A stretch of 64,000 bases of DNA, from the NCBI RefSeq assembly GCF_000150275.1, contig NW_002060948.1, positions 2,093,906-2,157,905 on the forward strand. Direction: 5' to 3'. Source of the stretch: Trichoplax adhaerens. Its lineage: Eukaryota > Animalia > Placozoa. The notes below the pieces were generated by a model, which saw only the letters and a list, made by a program, of their open reading frames with translations, searched no databases and was not told the origin of the DNA. The number at the start of each line of letters is the position of its first letter. Positions within the stretch are counted from its first letter, which is position 1. Shown here one piece after another: positions 42,033-55,298 of this stretch. The translations under genes were made by a program, and so were the position numbers.

Positions 42033-44555
42033 ATGGAGAAAGAGCTCTTCATCGTTACAAGTAGTACATCTCTCTATACAATCAAGAGAGAGACAGTATA
42101 CGCCTGATGGAATTCATCAATCTAGGCATAGTAAATATAGATATAGTATACGCGTACATACTATATACGAGTGTATATACAATAGTTTTCATTGCAAATA
42201 CAACAATATTTCGAACATTAAATTGTCTATTCGCATAGTCATAGTGAATACGTATAGACTAGAAATCTGTAATACGTTAGCAAGATATTCTGCCAATCAA
42301 TTAGTATCTATCCTACCTCTGCGTAGATTAAATATCGTTCCACCACTTAGTTTTGAATATTTATCATAAGAGCTAGAAGATTGATTTAAACACTCAATAA
42401 TTTCAAGTGATAATGGGCTGTGGAGCAAGTAGATCAAATATTATTGGCACATTACAAGATTTACAACGTAATATTATTAATCTCTATTATTCTTTAAAAT
42501 GCTGCGTAATCTCAGTCATAAACTAACCTTTAATTTTAGAGAACTCAACCGTCGACATTTTAGATGGAAATCACACGCAACATTGCGTGTACATAATATA
42601 TTAATATAATGTACCATACATGTAATACAAGTATTTCACAATGCACTATACTTTTATCCCAGTATTCTTTGTTTTTTAGTTACATATCATCAGCGAATCG
42701 TCATAATTTTATTTTACTGGCATACTAGAATAATAGCCCAAGAAACATTTTAATCTATGCGATATATTTAGTACGGTACTAAATCGTCGTTATCTTTTCT
42801 CTTCTCTTTTACAGCAATTCGTACCAAGATATTTATCGACGGACTTGATATAAATATAATAACATCAAAGGTTATCCATGCAACTCTAACGACTGCACTT
42901 GGTGATAACGAATGCCGTTTTGAAGTTAAATCAACTTCGAAATCAAATGTTTATAACTTGACGATTATTCCAAGAATGGTTGATGACGATCTACGTAAGT
43001 TGTGTATGATGTAACAGCAGATAAAGCATTCACGTTTCAATATTGACGATTATTGTGATGTCGAAAGATACACAATCATACATTAATGAGAAGTGGGGCT
43101 TTTTAATAGAATATCGATTTAAAATGTGAATAATGTTCAATCAATTATCACAAGGGGCGCATATACAGTGTTGACCCATAAAATAATTTGATTCCAAAAG
43201 ACACAGATCATATATTAGCCAAAAGGAAAGGTTTAATACCATATCAATTTAAAATGCTGATAATGTTCTATCAATCACAAAAAATGCATACGTTAACTTA
43301 AAACGTCATTTGTTTAATATTACAAGCTGAAGAACTCCTGCTATTACATTAAAAAAATGACTGTACTATATAATTCTAAAATCTTCTTTAACTTGCTAAA
43401 TGTAGAAAAAATTGCAGAAAATAAAGCATTACAAATGGTTTATAATCAAATTCGAGTAAGAGCACATACGGGTGCCCTGTATCTTGGTCAAGGAGGCTGC
43501 TGGATAACAGATACAAAATCAGAGAACGCAGATGATGATCAATCTACAAACTGTAATTTATAGAAATATCTTATAAATAGTATAATTTAACATTAGACAG
43601 TACTTTAGCCACATTGTACACTGCTATATATAAAAGTTATCATCTTTATTATCATAGCTTCAATTGATAAGGCCTTTTATGAAAATATCTTAATTAAAGA
43701 AGCACTTACAGAAGCATGGCTCTATAATATACAAGATCGTTCAGACGAAATAAATCTAAAAGATCTCACAAAGGTGACTATTGCGTAAATATCAATAACG
43801 ATGTTTCCACCTATTACAAACAATCCTATTATGTGTAATGCATGTAAATTATTGCAAGTTATAACGTTGATCAATGCTACCCCAGATTAATCATTATACC
43901 ATCTCTATAAAACTAACTTGACCTTATTGTTTTTAATTTCCTATTGGCTGATATCTTAATCTAATTTTAGATCTTAAATTGGGATAAGCTGGAATTAAAT
44001 TTGAACGAAGCCACTATCATATCCATTTATGAGGAACTACCTAAGGATAAAACTGGTAATAGCGTCTTGGTCAAAAACTTCTTGAGTAAAATTAAAGCAG
44101 CAATGCAAACAGCCTACGTAACCAACAATGAAAATGAGGTAAAATGTCATTAATGAATCTATGAAATGATCTGATTTAAAATAACGTAACAGTTCTCTTA
44201 ATATTGAAATAAACAGACATATCACTGGCGAAAAATGTGGAGCCAAAAAACTGGCCAGTTTTATTTTAACCTTCGTACTGGGTGTTGTCAATATGCGGAG
44301 CCAAGAGCCTAATATTAACTAGCTAGAGTTAGTCCAAATTGCACATTATTTCTTCACTGTGCATTAAGTTATCACATCAAAGATCTAGCTAAATCCGTAA
44401 TTAGCGCCATAACAAAAGTGTAGCTCATAAAAGAAACATGGGTAATAGTATAGCAACTTTAACCAATCTTACATCTGAAACTTTATTTCATGTTACAGAT
44501 CAGATTAGACTTGTATCGTACTGAAAGCAAACGTATCCGAAAAACCATAACCTAA
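42033..44555 (+). CDS. Uncharacterised spliced protein with a degenerate EF-hand-like C-terminus
   Basis: Phase-consistent exons 42815-42994, 43406-43552, 43658-43773, 43971-44138. Probable first exon 42033-42060 (MEKELFIVT); last exon 44499-44555, or read-through stop at 44153. LNEATIISIYEELPKDKTGNSVLVKNFLSKIK resembles an EF-hand. Confidence 0.7.
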
Positions 44556-46987
44556 TGTTTTATTTTTATATAGCAAAAATTCTTTCAATATTACTAGAAT
44601 TTGCTAAATCAAAATGGAATGATTAGTTCAGTCACCTGCCTTAAATCACTTTTAGCTCATAATCATAATGCTATAATTATAACTTCTTCAACATGCTATC
44701 AATAGAAATGGAACCCATACCGTAGCTTTTAAACAGTATGTTAAGTTGTACCATTAACTGATCTAATAATTAAGGACAATGTATATAATAATATACTATA
44801 CTATTTTTAATTTTTTGATATAATCATACCAATTGAAATAGCCTAAAAGTTAGCCATCTATCCACAGCACTTTATGTAATTTGGCGAGTGCATAAGATAG
44901 CAACATATTTAGTATCAAATTGCGATACAATCTAGGTAGAATAGTTACTTGCACAACTATTGGACGGAAAGGGTAACATAATCCACTAAAATTATGGCAC
45001 AAGCTCTTTGCTAATATTAACAGTAAAATCAAAGAATTAGCATGTAAATGATATTTTTACTTTTAAATGCTGTGGTTTTAATATTCGAATATTGCATTCA
45101 TTAACTTTTTAATGATTTGCTAGCTAATGGATTTAAAAATTAGTTAATCATAAAATTGTATTGACTGTATACATTACTGGCTTCCTGAAATGATTCCTAT
45201 TCCATTAGGACAAGACCATTCTTCATTATGCTAAAAGCTATTAATGTGAAGATTTTTGATGTCGATTTACAGCTATCTATATGTATATTTACTATTTCAT
45301 ATTTTTGCTTTTCGACTACCATTTAGTCAATAAATCATAATAATTTGTACATGCAACTTTATAATTATATGAGTTGCTAATGCATTATAATCTACTTATC
45401 TCCATATACTGCATATTAGAATATTTTTGATTGCAAAATCTTTAAGCGTAACTAGTGAATATATTAAACGAAAGTAATACAGGTATAGCATTGAGTATAA
45501 ATTCGTTATGAATATTATATAGAAGCAATTTCCTATTCAAGTACTTTGGGAATACTGTTACTATATTTATATGCGGCAGCAACACGTCGAGACTAAAGTT
45601 TTAGTAGGTACTTTACTACTACCCTTACATCATTATTCTTAATTCGACTAAAAGGATTACAAAAGTGGCTTTTATCGCTATTTCGATAACGGTAAATTTT
45701 AACATTATAAATAATTATTGTAATACAGAAAATATGTCGATCACTTGAAATGTAAGCACGTTATTAAGCAGCTCACTGTAGAAGTTGTAGATTCAATCCA
45801 TCTTTCAATTGCAAACACTTAGAGCACGAGTGTAGATATTAAACTTTCATGGAACTCTGTAAAAGTGATCCTTTACTATGATAATATAATGGTCACATAA
45901 AGTAAATTCAAAACTGACCAATGTCTATTCCTAAAATAATTAATTCGTTCATTATCTCTGTCAACGACATGTAATCGGCACTGACAATACTCAAACGTAG
46001 CGCTAATAACCAAAAAAGCCAATTTCTGACGTCAATTTCAGGTTCGATTATACAATTATTTGCGTGTATAACAATCGGGACTACACCTAAATTCTTCAGT
46101 CATGACAACGATATATGAATTACGATTATCGATGAGTACCGTGCATTACTCTTTTTAAATATTGCAAACTTAAATAGGATTTTACTGGCGTCTAAAGCCT
46201 AACAGCACAAAGCGTAACCATGGCAGTTATATTAAATACAGCTTAAAATAATTATGCATATTGAAATTTAAAATCACATTGCTACGGCTAAATTAAGGTC
46301 TTAGTTGCTCCTTTACATCAAACTACAACATTAAAGTAATGCATAGTAATCAAATTATGGTACACAGTAACAATATCAAATCTACTTATTGCACTGATAG
46401 AATTAATCGTTCACAGTGGAAGGTTAAAAGATCAATATTGTAAGGCTATCTTTTATTAATAGTTTAGTACAAAATAAGATAATGATATGGCCATAAAAAT
46501 TATGCTAAAAAGCTAGTCAATTAGCTAAAGTACAATATATGTGATGACATTATTTAAGCTTCATACGAATATATACATGGTAAGGTTGTACAACATAGCT
46601 TTATAAATGCAATTAACCACATATCTTCACTTTAAGAATAGCCACTTCTTCCAAACGTCCATTACATATAGTGATAGACGAATGATAGTCATTTATAGAA
46701 AGTCCGAAAAGAAATTCCGGCCATAATACAGAATTAGGTAAAATATGATACATTGTAAATATCTTATTATAAATTATAGCAAAAATAAACTCAAGCTAAC
46801 CATAAAAAATTATGTACGTAAATATTCAATCAAGCAGATTAAAGGATTGAAATAGTCGATAGAAGTGTATAGCACACTGAATCATTTAGTTAATATCAAA
46901 TTATGCAATGAAACCATTAAAAAAACTAATTTCAATGAGTCCTATTATAAGGATATTTTAATCTATTAATTATGCAAGTGAATTTTC

Positions 46988-49252
46988 TTACACATGCCAG
47001 AGACAAGTACAACATTTAACTGGCTCATAGCATACGCCACGTCTTTGCCTAGGATTAAGGACGGATAATGCCCAAACGGAGTTCGCAACCCAAAATGGTG
47101 TTAGGAATACAACCAGCCCTATGTAAATGTTCAATAAAATAGATTAATTGCTATACAACTGATTGTTATTGTATCGAAAGTTAAAAATAAAAATAGTCAT
47201 TTTTATCAGAAAGATGCAGAGTAAATTAAACAAACAGATCTTACCTAAGGATGCAATATGTAATATAGCCAATATTAAACAAGCGTAGTATAATGTCGTA
47301 GTATTATCTCTCTAAATAACAAGGTAAAAAGATGTTATTAGCACTAGAGCTGTATCGATGATATAGCTAAAATAATAAACATCTGGTAAATTGTTCCACT
47401 TTTGATGTGTTTTTGCGCTATACAGAATATTGTTTTAACTTACTATTAAAATTGGCACGTTAGTATTAGTAACGACCTCTCTCTCTTTATATATGATGTA
47501 TAACTAGCGATAACACGAGATTGGTAAAATATATTGTATATAGACGTGCCAAAATCTTGCAAGTATCGCAAGAAATACCTTACATTTACATGAAATCAAC
47601 TTTTCAACTGAATCAGATTTCCGCTCTAGGAATAGAAGGAAAGTAATCGGCAATACTAACTGATATTATAGCGATATCTTTAATATACTATTATAAAAGC
47701 GCTCATTTACTGTAGAACCGATAATTTTCATTAATGTTGAAGAAGAAAAATATTCAGTGTTTATCATCATGCATAAATCAGCATAGCACTTTAAAATTTT
47801 TAACTTACGCAAGTACTGGCATTAGTACTAGCCAATGCAATGGTTATTGCTATACCCATCGCTGCATCTAATACACCAAAAATGTGGAAGGCAATTTTAA
47901 TTTGGTATACAAGTGGGTCCATTTGGCACAATATGAAACAGAAACCTGCATAATTGATAAAATTTATGAGGAAATAATTTTAATTTTGTTCGACATATGA
48001 AGCTGACTTCTATTCTAACATGTAATTCACTTAAAAAATGATTTACAACTAACCGAGCATAAGAGTTGTAAAAGTCACATCAGCAATGAGATAATTTAAT
48101 AAATTTGCGGGGCAGAACCTTGATGTTTCGTTCCTATATCACAGATTTAATAAAATAGAAACCCTGGGTTGAGAACAGATAATTTTTCTCATAAACAACG
48201 ATAATAATTAACTTGATCATAATGTAAATATTACAGGCGTATGTCATAGTCCTAGGTCGAAATCAAGATAAGGTTGCATACATTCAATTTTAATGGATGA
48301 ACTTACAGTAATAAGACGTAAAATTCCGGTGCTAGTAAGCACACTGTCAAAGGGATGATGATCAAGCGCCTGCAAATATTCAACACGTAAAGCATCAAAG
48401 TTAAAACAAAGACATCGTTAGATCTTTAAGTATCATTATACCCTATTTACTAGTTACTTAGTCAGGTCTACTGCAACTATACTAGCTCAATGTGATGTGA
48501 AAGAGTAGCTTGACATTACCAATTGAAGTCAAGTAAACTATTTGTAGGCGATATAGAAACGTATTCCTACTTCATTTCTTAGAAATTAAAGATTTAAAAT
48601 AATTTTAATGAATATCGATAATAAAAGATAGCATCTTTTAGTTGATGTTAGATCCAGTGCCTACTTATGAAACCTACTTAATAGATTAACAGTATTATAG
48701 CTGTACAGTGAAAGAGATGTTTATCTATTTATTTTAGCGTCATAGCTTTAAGTGTTTCCAGCAGTGGTAAGTTAATTATAATTCACTAATATGAAGCTAT
48801 ATGTAAAGCAGAAGTTAATCAATGCGAATATACTGCCCTTTCATTTAATGTTTGATTAGCACAGGCATATCATGGCAGTATAGTATAAAAATTTTACAAC
48901 CTTTAAAGATAATGACAGCCTTTATCATTTAGAGTAGCCACAATACTGACTAACGATGATTTTTATTTATTTAATATGACTTTATTTCATGGATTAACAC
49001 ATAAACTATATTTTACTTGCATTTAGCCATTGCAATTATTATAAGTACCATTAACTCCAGTAAAACTAGAAAACTACTCGTTAAGCTTTTGTAATAGGTT
49101 TGATATTTATTCAAACATCAGATCAAGAGTAATTAATTAAATGTAATATGATAGTAAATTTAATACTGAAAAACTTACACTTTCCATCTTATCTCCTTTG
49201 GAAACCATCTCGATAAGTGAAAACAACAGTGGACCCAAAAGTAGTGGAGCAT
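46988..49252 (-). CDS. Uncharacterised 183-aa four-pass membrane protein (TMEM272-like topology), 6 exons
   Basis: Exons 49252-49179, 48369-48307, 48133-48054, 47945-47809, 47311-47245, 47118-46988, all phases consistent (552 nt). MLHYFWVHCCFHLSRWFPKEIRWKVRLIIIPLTVCLLAPEFYVLLLNETSRFCPANLLNYLIAD...CRDNTTTLYYACLILAIL...RRGVCYEPVKCCTCLWHV*. Confidence 0.8.
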
Positions 49253-49749
49253 TATTACGTTTCTTCGATGTTGTTTAACTTCTTAACCGATAATACCGAC
49301 CACTGCGCCAGTATACAATGTCAATAGAGCGTCTAAATGATATCCTTTAAAGAAAAAGAGCACAAAATAGTAAATTACTGTAAATCTTTCTATTCCTTGT
49401 AGAGTTTATGTCTATTAGTCTTATTGGACACGGTAAGGATTACAATCGTTTGAATATTAGCTTCAACCATAGTTTACTAACCTTAATGTTATAGGACAAT
49501 GTGGTAATACGTCAGGGATTCGATATTACTGTAAATCTAGTTTATTAACAATGTTTGTTCTAGTAAATCACCAAACAGTTCGAATTCTAATCGGTGTAAC
49601 TCCTCTTTAATGTCACATACCACCTGATAGATAATTCAAGATTGATATGTTACTACTAAAAGTCTATATTCAGTGTTATTACCATGGAAGTCAAAAAACT
49701 ATGGTGGTTATTGGTTATGAGCATTACAGAATTCAGGTTTGCAGTAGCG

Positions 49750-49774
49750 GTAACAATGGTAACGCCTGACGTCA
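49750..49774 (-). promoter_or_regulatory. RFX X-box-like site plus CRE upstream of the 4-TM gene
   Basis: GTTACCATTGTTAC on the - strand (49763-49750) next to TGACGTCA (49767-49774). Confidence 0.5.
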
Positions 49775-49897
49775 ATCTTGTGTTTTTTCAATCCGCCCAG
49801 TGTGGACGCCAAGTCGAATTTTCTAAGGCATACAAAATAAGCATTTTAGAGAGCTGTATGGGCATAGTTAGGGACGAGAAGTGGCCGATGAGTGCAA

Positions 49898-50095
49898 TAT
49901 TACAGTACTGTACTGTCCTGTACAGTACTATATACTGTACGTTACTGTACTATTTACTGTAGAAGAAGGCTTGGGCGGACTCATCCAGTACTGTACTGTA
50001 CAGTACAGTATTATATACTGTACAGTACAGTACTATATACTGTAGAGTACTGTACTGTACTATTAGAAGAAGGCTTGGGCGGACTGGACTCATCA
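49898..50095. repeat. Dense (TACAG/TACTG)n tract within a ~100 bp tandem duplication
   Basis: Chained TA-CWG-TA units; tagaagaaggcttgggcggact occurs twice (~49960 and ~50064). Confidence 0.9.
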
Positions 50096-50818
50096 AGCTT
50101 GGACGGACAGACCTTTTCGGCTCCATTTCGTGAAAATATTGTTGAAAGCACTTCGTTATCACACTACTTTATTTAGTATGCAGATGGTCGTTTTAAATTC
50201 ACTGATTTTTTCCAAATTAAGCAATATTACGTTGAATCTTATTAACCGTTACTAAATTCTACATGGAAACAGTGTTGTATATTTTTGTCTAGGGAGGAGA
50301 TCGACCGCGTACACAGAGATTATACTCACAAATATATAGGCTAGGAAAAGATGCTCTTTATTCTTACACACGATTGTTTATATCATACCGGGGAAACCTT
50401 AATATTGTACTGCGCGGGCATACAGTATATAGTGTACAATGTTGTTACAGCGAGTTCTTAATAGTAACCAACCCAAATAGATTGCGCATTTATTGCAACA
50501 ATTATACTGTACTTAATACATTATTAGTTATCATGATAACTCAAACCAGGAAGTACACAAAGATTACAAATTCATACATATACGTCTATAACAAACAGTG
50601 ATATAAGATTGTCGATGTAGATTTTTTAAATTAGTACCAGTGATTTCGAAAACAGGCACAGAAGATCCATACTAAGTAACCATTCTTCGATTTTGATGGG
50701 CCTATAAGTAAGAAAAGTCTGTCTGTCAGAGGGAGTGATCAGTCCAGGTCTTCATCTAGTAGTCCATAGCTGTATGTACAGAACTTCGTACAGCATTTTC
50801 GTAATACATATTTTGATG

Positions 50819-51170
50819 AAAGTATAAGCGAAATTTATTATTATCTACCATTTAGATACATACAGTTAATTTAAAGATTAATAAATGTGTCTTAGATATC
50901 GGTTTAAATAACTGTATTTGCACGTTAGTTTTAGTTGCATTTTTTTACTCAGTTAAAGCATCTAAAACGAAAATAAAAACCCTGTACACTGTACAGTGCA
51001 AAAAGTATAAATGAAATTTATTGTTACCGATGCAACCATTTGGATGTATACAGTGAACTTAAAGATTAGAAAATGTGTCTTCAATGTCGGTATAAACAAC
51101 TGTATTTGCACGTTTGCGTTAGTTATTTTTCCCCAAATTAAAGCATGTAAAACGAAATGAAAGACCCTGT
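50819..51170. repeat. Diverged tandem duplication, 2 x ~185 bp
   Basis: aaagtataa..gaaatttatt...aaaacgaaat.aaa.accctgta occurs twice. Confidence 0.85.
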
Positions 51171-54167
51171 ATACTAGTGTACAATATACGCTGCAGTATG
51201 ATGGCTTAGCTTGAGATTCACGAAACAGAACATTTAATGGCTTCTGTAGTATGTCTTTAGATACTATAAGGAAATTAAATGGCCCTTGATGGATTTAAGA
51301 GAACAAATATTTTTAATTTTATAAATTTTGGGTTATTTCAGGGTCTTAGACAGCTTTTTCCATTTTAAGTCTTTAGGATTTGAAAGAACTGCTATATACG
51401 CTTAGTTTTTGAAAAAATTTCTTCTTAAGGATAGTAATCAGCATTGGAAGAGATAACCTAGCACCATTTGCAGACTCTAGACTATTATGCTACGGGTCCG
51501 ATCCAGTGCTTCGTCTTACAATTGCGGGTGCTAACGTTTCTTGTCCTACATTGTCGGTAGTGCTCTGACTTTATTCCGGCTACTTATCGCAATAGTTATC
51601 CATCTAATACTCTAGAATAGTGTAGTCGCAATTTCAGGATCAGAACAAGTTCTACACTTAACACTATTTACGCGGCAGAAAACATCTACTTAATGCAGGA
51701 AACGCTTATAATGTATGTAGTAACGCTAGAACTATCTTATTCCAATTTCCAAATGTATGCAAAAAGGCCAGAAAATCTGAATACTCTATCTTCCATCTAC
51801 TGTACTTATTGGAAAAACTGCCCACCTGATACTCTAGGCATGGACTACTCTAGATATCTAGAAGTTCATCCTCTAGCGTAATTTATTAGTCGCAATTTCA
51901 AGGTCCGAGCAAGTTTAACACCCACTGTAACAGTATTCACGCGGCAGAAAATATCCTGTACTATCTAGTGGTAAATACTGCATATGAGCATGTAAACTCC
52001 CAGAAAAGCTGACCTACTGTCTATATTCTCCAAATTTAAGCACTGTCAATTCTATAAGCTGCGCTAGAGTACGATCCTATCACGAAATAGCTCAGAAAGA
52101 CGATTCTCTAGACCAGGTTTAACGGCAGAAACTACTATGCAATACCTAATTTTCATTGCATGTACAGTAATGGAAAGTCAGACTTTTGTCTGCAAATGGA
52201 ACCTTGGTGAATACCCCATAATATAGCTGTATGATAGTACTGTACAATAATGCAACTAAATACAGTAGCTGAGTAAGGTGATTGCCTGGATAAGGTAGAG
52301 AAGCATCTGAGATTCCTTCACATACTTGTGCATTGGCGACCTTAGCATCAATTCACCGTTAAAACGATAATTATGCCGTCATTTACCATTATAGTAGTAC
52401 GAGTTAGACCTGGAGATTATTGAACACAGTACGACTTTATTGCTCGTATTTGCTACCATCATGCTTATATGTTAGCCTATCAATAAATTAAGATAAAATA
52501 CAGGCTTTTATATCATACTGATTGATATCCACTCATGGAAAGTAATACTATATGTATATCTTGTCAGTCTAATCATTCATGGTACCTACACAAATTTACG
52601 AATTTGGTACATCATAGAGTATACAGGACATTGACAGAATATGTAGGTTACTTGAGATTTCAGTAGGTTAGCCAGAAATAGGTACATCGATCCTATAGTG
52701 GCGCGATCAAAGTTCCATTATGAGAAGGAAATATTGTACTTCTTCACTTTATGTCAAAAGGGAATCGATTTTAAAAATCAAGCCAGAAATTCTTTCAATA
52801 GCCTAATTGGATAATGCTAATGTGAAATAGCAAGCAAGGATACAAATACGAAAGAGATGAAATAAATAAGAAAGACTTCAGAATTGCTTTCGTGTCCGAT
52901 TACAAGGTGAATTGCAAAGATCCAAATCAGCACCAATTAAAGTAAAAGTGTTTTTAACTTGAAATTGCTTTACAGGCTTGTTACTGTATAAGCTTAAAAT
53001 TTTTAAAGACATAACAAAGATGTATAGCATTAAATGTATTGAAATTAAAGCATATAACTACTCGGCAAATATTTTCGGTATAAGACAATTTGGCAGCTAG
53101 CAGAAATTGATATTTTATATTCGTCTAAATACTTGAGAGTAACAATCCGTTATTAAATCAATCATAGAATATTGCCATTTAAATTTATGTATGTAAATTC
53201 AGAAAAGAAAAGTTTATGGGAAGTTCATCGATCACGTAGATATCAGTCTAAAGTTACAATAGATGGAAAATTAGGAATTGAGTAAGATGGGGAGAGAACA
53301 ACAGAAGTAAGTCACGATATAAAATTCTATTCGGGTTGTACTCAATTTATGGACGATAGCAATCAACTATTATCGCTTCTTGATATTTCCTCCTATAAAA
53401 TGAAGATTAAGTTATAAGAATTTTAAGCTGCAATCATGAGCTCGATAAGTTAACAGTCAGTAAATTAGAATAGATAACGACAATTAAAATCAAAGCATGG
53501 AGCTATTTTAAGGATTATGTCATAGGCACGGTAAATCAAAGCAATCTGTTACAACATACGGAAGACGTCAAATACTCGTTATCCAATCCAAGAAAATTAG
53601 TATATTAAGATTACGATTACAAAATCCTGATATTAAATGAGGCATTCAAGAGAGCAAGCTAAAGCGAGGGGAAAAATAGTATAGAAAGCTGCTGGTAATT
53701 AATCAAAATTCAAGATTATTTCTAGGATTATTTTAATATTAGCTCAATTTAGAATTACAGCTGATTTGAAAGATATTCTTAGATACTTAATCTTATAAGC
53801 TGAAAAGAGCTACTTTTGCATGATTCTAAACTCTTTATTTTACAAAGATAGAGCTCAATAATAGATGAATATCTGATTGATGTTACTGTTGAAATATTGA
53901 CTCCAGATAAACAGTGCTCTACAGTGCTATTACAAATTTAATTCAATGATTACTTCAGATACAATTTAACGTCATGAAACAATATATTATGAATTAGACA
54001 TTAAGAATTAATGTTAACATCCATTATCACTTAAAAAAAATCTTGAAATGGCAACTTAGTTCCTGATAGCACAACGCCCTATAGAATAGAGCTTATCTGA
54101 GAATAACGATACATTACAAGTATCTAAACATATGTCGACAGATGAGGTCGCTAAAATCGGCTAGGTA

Positions 54168-55298
54168 TCATTTTGAAATATTTTGACTTTGCCCTTTCAG
54201 TGAGGAAAGTCGAGGCGAAATATTAATCATGTCGGTTAAATTGAGATTATAAGATTTACGACGACGTACTGTCCGAAATAATTCTCTTAGGCGTTGCTTG
54301 AAACTATTTCCTGCAAACGCATAAACAACCGGATTGATCGCTGAGTTCAACGCAGGTAAGTATTTAAACCGACTAAAAAATGCCCTATTCAAACTTAGAC
54401 GATATCCAATATGATAAGGTGTATAAAATTGTTCGATAATATACCAAGCTACAAATGGGGCATAACATAACATGAAGGCTATCGTGATAATTGAGAACAT
54501 CATAACAATCTTTCGATTTCTCTTTTGCTTGCGGCGAATTGACATCGTATTTTGCCCTAACTCGACATGCTTCCATAACTTCCAGGTCATACAACTATAG
54601 GCGGTTATCATGATAATTAATGGCAGGATATAAATAATTATAGCGTACATAATTGGAAATGCATCAGTGTAAGCATTAGAATTAGGCCCGGATATGATAC
54701 AGAAATATATTGTTCTATTGCTCATAGTCATAACCGTAGTTGAAACATTACTAAAGTTACTGCCGCTATTACTATTGGATCCATTACCTTTGATGCCTAA
54801 AATAATCGGATAGTTATGATATTGTGTATCGAGTCGGCTAATGAAGAGAACAGGAGTTACAACAATTGTACATATTAACCATATACAAGATATTAACACT
54901 TTAACCTGCCTCTTATTCCATGCTCCTCGCAATGGCATCATAATTGCACGAAATCGTTCAATACTAATAGATAATAGAGTAGCAGCCGATAGTGCAAAGA
55001 CAAGAAAGTAGACAAACCATTCAAAACGGCATAAAATATTATTTAGTGCATATCGAAAATGAAGACGAAAGTAAAACCATAACCCTTCCAATGATTGAGA
55101 CACGACGATAGCAATATCGACGACAGCTAAATTAATAACTAAATAGTCAGTGTTGTTATTGCCACGCTTATAAGTTCGTGCATAAACTATAATGACCAGA
55201 ACGTTGCCAAGTAGACCAATAATAGGAGCCACATATTGTAGCAAGTAACCGACAACATTAAAAGCAATCAAGAAAGGAGGTAAACTGCGCAATGACAT
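54168..55298 (-). CDS. Rhodopsin-class (peptide-receptor-like) GPCR, intronless CDS
   Basis: 376 aa with 7 TMs; GN in TM1, NLAVVD in TM2, ISIERF (E/DRY), W in TM4, P in TM5, CYAP in TM6, NSAINPVVY in TM7. Confidence 0.95.
   Translation of the reverse strand: MSLRSLPPFLIAFNVVGYLLQYVAPIIGLLGNVLVIIVYARTYKRGNNNTDYLVINLAVVDIAIVVSQSLEGLWFYFRLHFRYALNNILCRFEWFVYFLVFALSAATLLSISIERFRAIMMPLRGAWNKRQVKVLISCIWLICTIVVTPVLFISRLDTQYHNYPIILGIKGNGSNSNSGSNFSNVSTTVMTMSNRTIYFCIISGPNSNAYTDAFPIMYAIIIYILPLIIMITAYSCMTWKLWKHVELGQNTMSIRRKQKRNRKIVMMFSIITIAFMLCYAPFVAWYIIEQFYTPYHIGYRLSLNRAFFSRFKYLPALNSAINPVVYAFAGNSFKQRLRELFRTVRRRKSYNLNLTDMINISPRLSSLKGQSQNISK

Noticed and set aside
49892-50176. Y/C/T/V/S-rich ORFs (also 8852-9130, 10121-10387, 63589-63963)
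   Set aside because: Translations of TACAG/TACTG tracts, not proteins
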